This document shows, in pieces, positions 14,409 through 26,135 of a stretch of DNA of 64,000 bases (positions are counted from its first letter, which is position 1; each line of letters starts with the position of its first letter). The position numbers were made by a program, and so were the translations under genes. The DNA comes from Schmidtea nova (taxonomy: Eukaryota), in contig CM097882.1 of assembly GCA_044892505.1 (NCBI GenBank), positions 203,546,001-203,610,000 on the forward strand. The letters are read 5' to 3'. The notes beneath the pieces were generated by a model, which was given only the letters and a program-made list of their open reading frames with translations, had not been told where the DNA came from and did not search any database.

Positions 14409-14519
14409 TGTTATATATATTAAATCAATCTTTAATTTAAAGTTGTTTTAATAACTAAAATTTTATGTTTAATAAATATTTGAATTTAACTAGTTTCTAG
14501 TATTCAGTACTTCATAACA
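14409..14519 (+). repeat. 3' LTR of the Mag-like element
   Basis: Identical by eye to 10579-10689; preceded by the purine-rich GAGAAGGAGA. Confidence 0.95.
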
Positions 14520-14638
14520 GTTTTTAAATTAATACCGTAGATAAAATAATATACATTTATTTTCAAAAAAATTAAATTTACAATCATATAAATACTAAAG
14601 AGTCTTTATGTTATCTTCATTATATTTTTCAATCTTTG

Positions 14639-14831
14639 TTTGGTTTTGATGATAATCTCACTATTTTCAAACAATTCTATTAGTTTTTGCCATTTTCCGT
14701 TTTCTTGAAGCCAGGGGTATATTTCATTTTAGATTATCTAAAATGAATTATACCCTTGGCTTCAAGAAAACAGAAAATGGCAAAAACTAATAGAATTGTT
14801 TGAAAATAGTGAGATTATCATCAAAACCAAA
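14639..14831. repeat. 193-bp near-perfect palindrome
   Basis: 96-bp arms, 3 mismatches, 1-nt loop at 14735. Confidence 0.95.
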
Positions 14832-15939
14832 TATTATACCCGTATTGACGATTGAAAATAGTTTTCATAATCTGAACCTGAATTATCTAATATTTTTTTA
14901 ATATGCATGAATACCACAATGGCATGTGATCACTTCATTTCGAAATAAAATAACAAGTAAAACACGTTTTTGAATGCATATTGCTTGCTTTAAGTTGTCT
15001 TTTGTTTTAAAATTCATGAAAGTTCGATTGATTTTTAATGATATATTTTCTAGGCATCAAGATATCAGGATTTGTAGACTTAATATGATATGATCATCAT
15101 TTCCTTTAGATAACCGGCCATCAAGCAAATTTCTTATAGAAGTTTCTTGTTTTATTTTATTAAAAATCATAAGTTTTTAAATATTTATACAAATTTGTGC
15201 AAAACTTGTGTGTTTATTACTCATATATTGCAATTCATGCACATAAACAACAAAGATATTGCAATATAATTGCAAATTACACAGGTTTTAAAGGTGATTT
15301 GTTAACTCGTACATCTTGAGTCCATCTTTCGACTTATTATTATGTATTATCTATCTACGTCAATCTATCACATGTATTAGTTATCCAATTCATTTTTGTG
15401 TGCATGTGTCAGTAATCGGTTGTATATTGTCATAATCTCCTTGATTTACTGACAATAAGTATTTTTAGCTAACTGGTACTCAAATAGACGCTGAAACTGA
15501 TCATATTTTTGAATCATATCATATACTCTAAAATCAACCTCATATAAATAAATGTACTACTTGTGTTTTAAGTGTGTTGAAAACACAAATCTACTTTTTG
15601 ACTGTAGTTTTTGACAGACAATTATGTATTTCTTATTTTTACTGGCGATTAAAAATCGTAAACTATACATTTATTTAGAAACTAATTATATTTCCCACAT
15701 TTGTGTATATGAAATCATTTATTAATTAAACAGCAATGCCCCCATTGGTACAAAAACTTTTCTTCGATACAATGAAATGGATAATAATTTATATATTCAA
15801 AAATTTTCAATAAGTATTCAAAAGCGCAGGTAAAGAATATTATGAATTGAATGAAATTATGTTTATTAAATAATGATGATATTTACCTTTTTTATTTCAT
15901 TATTACACGTTTACTTATTAAAGGTTTCATAAAATATTA

Positions 15940-15943
<4 letters not shown>

Positions 15944-15971
<28 letters not shown>
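15944..15971. repeat. (TA)14 microsatellite
   Basis: Seen directly. Confidence 0.95.
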
Positions 15972-16589
15972 ATGTAAAATTTGAATAAATATATAAGTGA
16001 TCAATAATTATACTTTTTATTTATAGATTCTATTGAGGAATGTTGGAGAGGAAAAGCAATATAAAAAGTTTTACTATATTAATAAATGAGGGGTTGAGGG
16101 TTTTATTCTTTAATTTTTTTTTGAATCATGCCAGTCATTGTGATGGACGACCGTGATCCAACCTAATTATGGCCTTTGCGATGAGTAAATTATTTTTTAG
16201 AACATATTAACTAAATTCGATAATAGTGGTTATAACTCTGTCTTGTCGGCCCATTCCTGGCAAAGAAAGAACTACGTTAGCAAAGAAGTTTTCGGTAGCT
16301 GGCTTCCCTTTACTAGTCAAGACATAATTGATTTAGATATTGAACTATTGATGCCCAAGTCTGATTGACTCCAACGTTTGTTATTGCAATAACGACCCTT
16401 GTGAACGTGATTACTTACCCGGCTTTTTTTGGCACAAGCATTTAATCACGGAAATTAAATTCTAAAACTAATTTTAGTTTTATATGAAAAATTTTCTCTG
16501 TGAAATGATAACAAATCCTTTATACCTTCTGTTTTTAATTTTTTCCTTCCTTTTTTCTTACCTTTTTTCTCTTTCTCCTTTGTAGAACA

Positions 16590-18700
16590 AAATGGTTTTT
16601 TCAACAAGGTAGTAGGCGGGCAATTTCACTAACTTCCTCTATAGAGTAGATTTTTGGATGTTTATCTCTAAAAAAATAGCTTCTTTAAGCCTAAGATTTT
16701 TTTCATCGTTTTCGCTTATTAATATTTTCACTTATATTAGATTTTCTTTATTATCTATCTGACATTGGTGAAGATTTCCGTATACAGATGACTTTCCACC
16801 AGGATTAAGATGTTCCGAAAGGTGTTTCTTATGTAAATTTCTTATATTTATAATACATAAGGCTATAGACTATTTTCTTGCGGATGCATAGTGTTTGGTT
16901 ATTATTCTTTTTAAGATGGGTTTACTGACCTGACTCCTCATGTTCTTTAATTATCGAAATCAATGAACCCAACACAGAACAATTTATTTAACGATCACCA
17001 CAAATTACAACTTCTGTTACGTACACTCCTGACCAATTTGCGCTCTCTTTCGGATTCAGATTCGATTCTCTAGTTATAAAATATTTTCCTCACTTTATCT
17101 CTCTTGGATTCCTCAAGATCTCTGAGGACAATTAGTTTTCAGTAATTTTTAATACTCTCTATTTTAACTCTCAGCTCGTCGGCCCTCAGTTCGTTTTCTT
17201 TTTCGTTTGTTTTTTTCCTCCCTTCCCTCTGCTTTGCGCTGCCTTTTATACCTCTCGCAAAATAACAATTAAGTTTTATCGATAAATCAAAGTTACTCAA
17301 TCTCGGGCTTAATTGTTTCAATAACAAATTATTGTGATTGCGCTCGGGTGGATTTTCCTTAATTGCCCTGCGCAATCTCCCGACTTTGATCACTCGGGTC
17401 TCTACTGCGCTCGGGTTTTCTTCATCGCTCGGGTTTCCCATTGCCTCGGGCTTCCCATTGTCTCGGGTTTCCCATTGAGCGATTAATTAATTTTAATTAG
17501 TTTGTTTTTATTAAATAACTTTCTCTGGGGACCCCTTACTAAATTTCTGTTATTATTTTTGGGTTTGTCTTTTGATTTGGCATTCAACCATACCAATTTC
17601 CCCCGATGAATATTAATTTAAAATTTTTGCTAAATTTTAATTAATTTTTGCACTTTTATTTATTTTGATGTTTCTTTGCTTTTACTATTATTTCTTGTTA
17701 CTTTTGTGATTTTTATACAAACCCCAACAATAGTTTCTTTGGTGTTTGGGGATTTTCCATCTTACAAGTATTTATTTCTCAGGTTCTTGGCCAGTTTTGT
17801 CTCAATTTCTTAAATCTATGTGTCAAAAAAATTGAAAGAGCAGTGAAGTTAAGTTCTTTGATGATCATAACATTGATCAGGCCATTAATGAAGGGAATTC
17901 AAAGATAGACATTTATTTTTCTTTATGTAAATCTTTCTGCCTTATCGATTTGAATTTTATTTTATTATTGTCATTATTATTATGGTGTCCATTACTATGC
18001 AAGACTTAATTAAATATTGTTTGTTGTGCCGAATTATCCTCATTTTTGGTGAGTTGATAACCCCCTGTCTCTTATTTTTAATGACGTTAACTTTCTGTAG
18101 ACGAGGAAGCAGATCTTTGGAGCATAAATATTTTCTTGTAGACTGATATTTTTGTTAAATCCGTATGTAGATGTATCTGAGTTTATGTGTATTCTGAGAT
18201 CTAATAGTTGGAGGAATTCGTCTTTTTCGGGTATTCAATCTCCAATTTTATGTCATTGTGTGCTGCATTAGAATATGAAACATTTCTTCCGCATCCTATT
18301 TCCTATTGATATGATAAAAATATCATTTACATATCGCGCATATATACAAATGGTTATTATGGTTATCAGTATCTGTTGTTCGAGATAATCTGATCGATAG
18401 TATGGCTGACATACTAGAGCCTATTGGCAGACTTTTCACTTGTTGGTATACTTTCTGGTTCAATGTAAAATAGTTGTTTGCAAGAAGCACAGTGAAAAGT
18501 TCAATGATGTATTTTGTCTGCATTTCTTTTACTTTAAGTTTGCATTCTTCTAACTTTTTAAACAATCTAGTACTTTTAGGGTGAATAAAAGTGTGCAGGG
18601 ATATCACATCGAGGCTCAATGGGGTAATTAATTTTTAAATGGATGGTTTTATCTGTTTTATTCAATTTGGATATGAGCCAGTTACTGCTTTGAAAATAGT
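16590..18700 (-). mobile_element. Fragmented Penelope-like retroelement (RT + GIY-YIG endonuclease), interrupted at ~16930-17490
   Basis: RT remnants SLDVISLHT, NNYFTLNQKVYQQVKSLPIGSSMS, YARYVNDIF; endonuclease remnant KHLSEHL...SSVY...LRLKEAIF at ~16690-16850; many stops and frameshifts. Confidence 0.8.
17405..17477 (+). repeat. GC-rich 17-bp tandem repeat (CTCGGGTTTCCCATTG-like, 3 good and 2 degenerate units)
   Basis: Seen directly. Confidence 0.8.
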
Positions 18701-18959
18701 GTAGTACTTGATTCATCAGTAGTTTTAGGGCTTTAGAGAAAAGCTAATTTAAAAGGTTTAAAAAGGTTTAATTTTGATCCTCGGGTCTTTTCGTGAGTTT
18801 TAACCATCTAGCAAGCAAGCGGACAACATTATTATCACATTATTATATTTTTGATTTTATACATGATGAGGCTAGCCCAACCTATAGGCTAATTACCTTT
18901 CTTTTCATCTGGAGAAAAAACTATATCCCCAAATTAATTTCAGTTAATCAGTCAAAACT

Positions 18960-19130
18960 AAAGATTGCTGTCGATAGAACGTTAATCAAGAAACTTATCA
19001 CCAGCGGATTTAAATCAAAATACGAAGGTCCTTATAAATTACTAGAAGTGAATAAAAACAATGGCACATTACTGATAAACAACAGAAAAGTCAGAATAAA
19101 CTTTTGACGATTGAACCTATGTCATGAAAA
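18960..19130 (+). mobile_element. Gypsy integrase C-terminal (GPY/F) fragment
   Basis: KSKYEGPYKLLEVNKNNGTLLINNRKVRINF resembles the GPY/F tail. Confidence 0.5.
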
Positions 19131-22100
19131 CCAAAATCCAACCTACAATCCTTTATACAAAAAGTCTAATAACAATAACAAAATTACAATCAAAACATTC
19201 GACAAACATTCGACAAACATTCGATTTTAACTTCAAACAAAATATATACAGTGATTGTCTCAAATAACAACAAATAAACACACAGTTAAACACAACAATA
19301 ACAAATAGCTTGATATTGTAGCCTTTTTATATTTTTTATCGTTTTGTAAATATTGTTTTATTGTTTTGTTTTGCATATCGAAAATTGTAAACATTTTTGC
19401 ATGTTTCCTCCAGTTTTAAAAGTGAACGTTATGTAATGTTTCTTAATTTGGTGTTTTTATAATCTTTGGTTTATTTCAAGTCCGTCCCGAAGAAAATGAA
19501 GAGATAAGCCAAAATCTCTATAGTATACGTCAAAACCTTTATAGAGTAAAAGCTTTCAAAACACACCGTACCACTGAAGACTCAAAGGTTATAATCGGAC
19601 TTATTTTAAACGGAACAATCGAACGAGTTCTAACAGAGATCTAGTTGAATAAAGAAAGCTTGCTAGCAATTAAAGAAGTTTTTAAGAGATTTAAAGAATG
19701 TTGTTAGGTGTCAACAATCATTCTAATTAACCTTTTAAAAGATAGTACTTTCAAATCCAACCATCAAGGTTAAATTCATCCATGGCTTTTTATTATATCT
19801 TGGCAGCTTGACCGAGAGAACGAAGGCATAAAAAAGGAATTCAGAAGACCACAGTGGAGGTAATTTAATAAAATTATATATTCGACAGTTGTTTAAGATA
19901 ATAGAGAAATAAGGGATGAAGGATGGAGTGTACTGGAAGCAGAAATTAAAAAAAAAGAAAATTATTTCCAAGTGTCAGCAAATGTTACATTATAAAAGGA
20001 AAGAAAATTGTTTGGACGGAATTTGAATTTGACAGAAAATTATATAGAATTAGAGAATTAGAAGTTGACTGAAAATTTGAATTGTGAGAAAACAGGGAAA
20101 ATTAGAATCAGAGATAGAAGAAAAGTTAGAAAAAAACGGAACAAAATTAAATAAAATCAGACAATCAGAGAATAAAAGAAACAAGAAAAGCAAAGTAAAA
20201 AGAAGGCTTGTCTACTAAATTGTTGAGGATACCTAAATTAAAAATAATATGAGAAATAAATAAAATTACCTGGGGGAAAGTAGTCATTGTGAAGGATACG
20301 ATTGATGGGAGGTTGTAAAAGAAAACGAAAATAAAAAGGAATGAGAAATGGGAAAGAAGAAACAAACAAAAGAAATAAGACAAGAAAACAAAAACAAAGG
20401 TCAGCACTAATTAATTAGTACAAAAGGAAAAGGAATTTCAAATCGGGAAAAATAAAAATAACAACAATGTACTTATCTCGACAGCTTTTCAGAGATAGCG
20501 GGAAGAAAATTAAAACCACCAGGAGCGGCAAAAAGGAAAAAGCAGAAATTATCTTCACAGTTGTCAATTATAACTCTACTTACGAGAAAAACCAAGGAAT
20601 TATGTAAAAGAAAAATGCAAAATTAGAGATAAACTTAAGTACCACAAATTGACGAGGTAAAAAAAGAGAAAGCACAGAAGAAGCAACATGATATTGTTAG
20701 AGAGAATTTGGGAGAGGAGAATATTGTTAGACAGAATATAATGGAAAATACTTGGAACAGAGGAGTGAAATCAGATGAAACAGAGGATAATACGAAGATA
20801 ATTATTTGAAGCAATCGAAGAGAATCAGGAAGAGAACTCTAAGCAGAAAATTTAAGAGAAAGTTTAAAGAAGAGTAAAAGGCCGAATCAGAAACAAAAGA
20901 ATAAACAGTGGGAACCTATTCAGTTAATAACCGAGTTAAAGTCAGCGAAAATCCAAGTCAAATCAAGAAAGCAACCAGTTAAAGTACCAATTGTGATACC
21001 CCTCAGTGGTGATTGATTGTTCGAACCAAGATTATACAAAAGTGCTATTCTTCACCATCGTGTCGTAATAAGCATTGTATAATCAGTTGTTAGACCGTTG
21101 ATGTTTGGTCAATTCAGTGTTAAGGAAAATATTTGTGATATTCAATAAAGTTTCCAGTGTTGATTGTTATTGTGGGTCAATTAAAAGGCACGCTTTGGAG
21201 CCAGATATTTGATTGGTAACTTTTACCATTTCACCAATAACCCATAAACCCAACAAAATTAACACGAGCAGCTTGAATCAAATTAATAACAAATAATGCT
21301 ACAAAAGCAAAAAAGGCAAGAAAGCAACCGGACCAATTTTTCCAATTATCAGTTCAGAAGCAGTAGTTAAGTGGTTGTTATTTAAAATGCTATTGTTCAC
21401 GAAATATTTTCATAAGCACTCGATAGCAACTGGTTGTACCGCTGAATCATTAATGTCGTTGTAATTGTTGTAATCACTTGTGATAATCAATAAACGTTTA
21501 TAATATCTGGAATTTGTTATTTTTGTTGCCGAATAAGGCACGCTTGGAGTCAGATCAATAATTGTTTTCCGAAAAACGCATCAATTCTAATTCTATATAT
21601 AAAATGAGATTAGTTTACAAGAATACTCGTAAGGAGACATTTTATGTGAGAAATTTCCGAGAAATTCCTACTACATACCCTGGAACTCAACCTGGCACCA
21701 GTTTGGAAAAAAATGAGAAACTATTTCTAGCTAAATATTAAACCAATAAATCTTGAGAAAATAACACAAAATGTGTCCATTTGGTAGCATTACCACTTTA
21801 AGCAACACATATAAAAAAAAATTTTTTAATTTTTTCTTTTTATTGTTTTAATTGTCAAAAAATAAAAAAAAATTGTACAATTTTTGCAGGAGATTATTGT
21901 TACACCAATTGCGAGTTGCATTATTTTTTGTTCATTTAATACATTATAATTAATAAAATTAGCAATTCTTTTCAGTATTACAAAATGAGTTGTGAAGCAA
22001 CAGATGTAATAAGTCATTTATTACGTGTATAATTAGTCTGGGCAATCATCTAGCAGATTAGAACAGTTTATATATTTTATAATTACAACTCTCCCTATTT

Positions 22101-22379
22101 GGTCATATATTACGTATTCAGAACAAAATAATTATAAGCAATGTTTGTTTTAGCTAAATACAATTTGCTTATTATTTTTATGTCCTTGCCGTATGGATGT
22201 ACTAGTAATCCGTTTCTAATCTTAGTTCATTAATTGAGATTCTAAGACAAATAATCAAAATCGTGTAAATGAATTTATGTAAGCAATTATATGTAGAATA
22301 AGAGACGTAAAAGTAAACAACGTTTAGGGGCGTCAATGTTATGTGTTGACGGAGACATAGATTGTTAGGACTTGAATAA

Positions 22380-22600
22380 TATCAATCAGTGCAAAATTCT
22401 ATGAAAAAAAATGTTGAGGAGAAAAACAGGAAGCAGTGAAGTATCACCAGTGAAATATTCTCCGAAGTTTTTTCTTTAAAAAGACAAGGAAAATGTAACA
22501 AATTATACAGTTGAATATATTTTTCGAGTCAATGCGTTTTATTGTGTGATAGATAAAATCAGTAACCAAATCCAAAAGTGATACACAGGAATGTGGAAAT
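22380..22600 (+). mobile_element. hAT transposase relic fragment
   Basis: FRVNAFYCVIDKISNQIQK*Y resembles the conserved F.....D.....L..RF segment of hAT transposases. Confidence 0.45.
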
Positions 22601-24366
22601 GAACAACAAAAATTTCACGTAATGTTGATTTATGATTTATTTTACAAATGAAAAATTTTTTTTACAAAACTTGGACTCTTAAAACTAGATATGGCTATGA
22701 ATGGTTTTTCAGAAATGGTAACTAAAAGTCAATTATCTCGGTCCACAGAAAAAAAAACATCCATCGAATTCACAAATCTAAAAATTGCTGGTGCTTGTCT
22801 AAACAGCCATAAAATAAAAGACACAGAAAACTTATCGAGAAAAATAAAAAAATTCAAAAAGTAACAAATAAAGTGCAAAATGAATTAAAAATAAAAACGT
22901 TTATTTTGCGAGACCACTGGTATTGGCGAATGGCAAATATTTTGCTTTGTTAGCTATTGTAGTGCCTCCGTCATATATATCTTTATATTGTAATATATTA
23001 AATATATACATATATATTCAATTAAAAATATGGTTATATATAATAAACAACCAGAGTTGTTTAAATAACTAAATAAAACCAGGAGAAAGAAAAATTAGAG
23101 AAAGAAAAAAAGCACTTGCAGCATTTCAAAGTAGAAATAAAGCACTTTAAGAAAATATATTCAGATATAGATTTGCAACCTGCTACTGTTCTAGCACTAC
23201 AAAAACTCAGAAGTTGTCTCACGGATACTAAAAAGAACAAGCAATGTTATTTTAAAATAAATATCCTATTAGTGTTTATTTTGTATTTTATCTTTTATCC
23301 GATTAAGACAAATACAGAACGGGGTTCAGAAAACCAGAGCCCTACAGCTATGGAAAGCAGAGACACAAAAAAGGACTTAAAATGCTCATAGAAACTTTAG
23401 AAATTTTATTTTTATTAATTTATTTATCTTTTATTGCAATTTCAAAATTTTAAATATAAAATTTTACTTAATTTTTTTACATACTATATTGTAATTTCTT
23501 TGATTTAATATATTTTAAATTGAAATAAATACTTTTCGGTTGTAAATTATTTTTTGATATCGTTAGTTTATGGTCAAAGAAAATTTTATTTTGGTTTTGG
23601 TTTCAAAAATTTCAAATTTTAGTTTGTGTTTGATTTATATTTTTTTGATATTTTATTAGGATAAAGTTATTTTTAATAATTAATAATATTTTATTTCTTT
23701 TTTTATAAAAAATAAATTAACACAATCTAAAGTTAATCCGCAAATGCATTTCCTATCCCGATTTAGGACTTAATTTCGAATATTCCATAGTTTATTGAGT
23801 TAAGAACAGAGAAAATTGTGAGTATGTTGGTTCCAAATGGAAGCATGTCACGTAAATAGCACTGATAGGTGTCACTAGTTGTTCAGAATATAAGTATTAT
23901 TCACTATACAAGCTTTGTAAGATTATCTTTGTTATACTCTTTTAATTTTATTTAAATTTTAAATACTTTGTAGGAAGTTATGATTTTTTAACATGTTTTT
24001 TAATTAAGATTTGTTATAAGAATTATTAACTAAAAGTTTTAAGTTATCTCTGAAAGTGTTTTTTTGATATTACAAGAAATATTTCAAATGGGAAGTAGTT
24101 TTCGCCATTTTACATGGTTTTGATTATCTGATTTAGTAGACTTTAAAAATTCCATTCCAATATTTTATTTTCAATATTGAAATTTCAGGTTTTATGTTAT
24201 ATTTCAAACATTGTCGAATTTCATTGTCCTACATTATCTGAGACTTCAAAAATATTTAAATTGTTGTCTAAATATGTTTAATTGTCTATAAATTTAAAAT
24301 AATTAGACGGTATTATCTCTTTAGCTTCTGAAAACGTAAATATTTAGCAAAGAAATTTTGGAAATA

Positions 24367-25531
24367 CGTGGTGCGCCAATAAGCCCGTACAATATGTAGG
24401 AAGGAAATATTATTTTGTCATGCAATTAATTTTTTTATTGTAGCTATATTATTATAGGTTTAATTTGTGTAGTTTGTTTTAAATTATCATTACAGTTTAT
24501 ATTGACATTTGCGAGATTTTGAAATTTGGTGGAAGTTATTGATGGAGTTGAATATCGGAAAGTTATAAAATTTCTGGTATTACACCTTGTTCCCAATGAC
24601 CAAATATTTTCCCAATTGCAGAAGACATGTGGCGAGGACTCATCTTTACGCAGAGCAATGTACAAGTAGATTGAACTGTTTAAACATGGGAGACAGTCAG
24701 CTTTTGATGACCAAAAGATTTGATGCCCATTTAAAATTTCTGACAAAATTAAAGACATTTGTGAATTTTTACTGCTAAAAGACCGTCGAATCACAACGCG
24801 GGCACTGATTGATGCTGTGAATGTGAGCAAAGGAACTATACAAGTAATCCTGTATGAATTGGGGATGAGAAAGTTGGCGTCCACATTTGTACCCCGATTT
24901 CTTTCATCACAGAAGTGTGTGAAGCGACTGGAAAGCTGTCAGATAGACTTCCTTCTTTACCAAAAGCATGACGAGGCGTTCCTGCTTAATATCATAACAC
25001 AAGATGAAGCAACTCTCAGTCTATATCTGTCAGAGTCTAAAAGCGAGTCAACATACTACAACTCTACATACTACTCTGATATTGTGTGTAAATGCCAATA
25101 TGCTCGTCGAAAAGAACGGAACATTCCCATGTGGTTTATCCAGGACAACTTACCAATTCACAAAATTGCAGCATCCGTGCGAATTCTTAAGGAAAGTGTG
25201 TTTAACCTATTGGACCATCCTCCCTACAGTCCAGACCTTGCCCCCAGTTGTTTTTACCTCTTCAGAAATATGAAGTAACATTTGCGTGGCAGTCAGTTTG
25301 CAAATTCTAACGATCTAAGGGAAGAGGTGGAAAGTTTCCTGTGTGATCATTCCTCGGATTTCTTAGAAAATGCATCCTCTGAACTGATCCAGTGTTGGGA
25401 AGTGTGTGAATGTATATGGCTCTTATGTTGAAAAATGATGTCTATGCATGTTATATGTTACTGTGTAAAAGTTCGGTGTTTCTATTCAATTGCTTTCCTA
25501 GTTATGGCACGGACTTTTTGGGCACAACGCT
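24367..25531 (+). mobile_element. Decayed mariner element with internal deletion
   Basis: Degenerate TIRs with TA flanks; HTH, LGMRKLASTFVP, IITQDE, QDNLPIH, HPPYSPDLAPS motifs; frameshifted. Confidence 0.85.
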
Positions 25532-25924
25532 TACATGACATTTTATATTAAAATTCATTTAAGTAAAACTTGCGACGTTATTTATTCATTTGGTCGCCAA
25601 CTCCCTTAGAAAATATTCCAAAATTTTACCCAAAAACCATATTTTGAAAATAAATAAATTTATTATAGATCTCTTAATAGCGTAAAATATGTTGACGTTT
25701 AAAGTTTACATGCATTTTCCATTGTGCTCGTGTGTATTATTAATTTTTTCTTTCACTTTGTCTATGATATATTAAATCTCTTAAACTATACAGTCAAAAT
25801 TTAACAGTAACATAAGTTTTCATTTGATATTAACAATTTTTATCTTATGTTTTCGAATCTCTTAATGTATGAAAACATGTGTAAGTACTGAATTAGCTAT
25901 ATTATGGCAAACAGACAATATTAA

Positions 25925-26131
25925 ATTATCATAATTATCTTTTGATTTCACCTTTGATCTCTTTATTTAAATCAATAATTTTCATATTAATAATTGTATC
26001 ACTTTTATTTTCTTAATACACACTTAATAAAGGATTTGCCGCTATATCGTGTACTTAACAATCAAAAAATGTTTTTGATCTATAGTCATGCAATTATGAA
26101 AATAATTGATATAAATTAAAAGAGATCAAAG
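25925..26131. mobile_element. Foldback MITE family copy (CTTTGATCTC...TCAATAATTTTCATA arms)
   Basis: Imperfect ~35-bp inverted arms; related copies at 10242-10455, 54546-54813, 62187-62454 and a partial copy at 3196-3240. Confidence 0.75.
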
Positions 26132-26135
26132 ATTC

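Larger units (their letters stand above)
10579..14519 (+). mobile_element. Full-length Ty3/Gypsy LTR retrotransposon (Mag-like clade), 3941 bp, coding region disrupted
   Basis: 111-bp LTRs (TG...CA) at 10579-10689 and 14409-14519; 5-bp TSD GTTTT (10574-78, 14520-24); PBS TGGCGTCACAG; purine tract before the 3' LTR; gag with CCHC knuckles, PR, RT (LPNIETIF, KLDLTSAYWQ), RNase H (TDAS, E, TDHKPL), integrase (HHCC, D-D-E). Confidence 0.96.
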
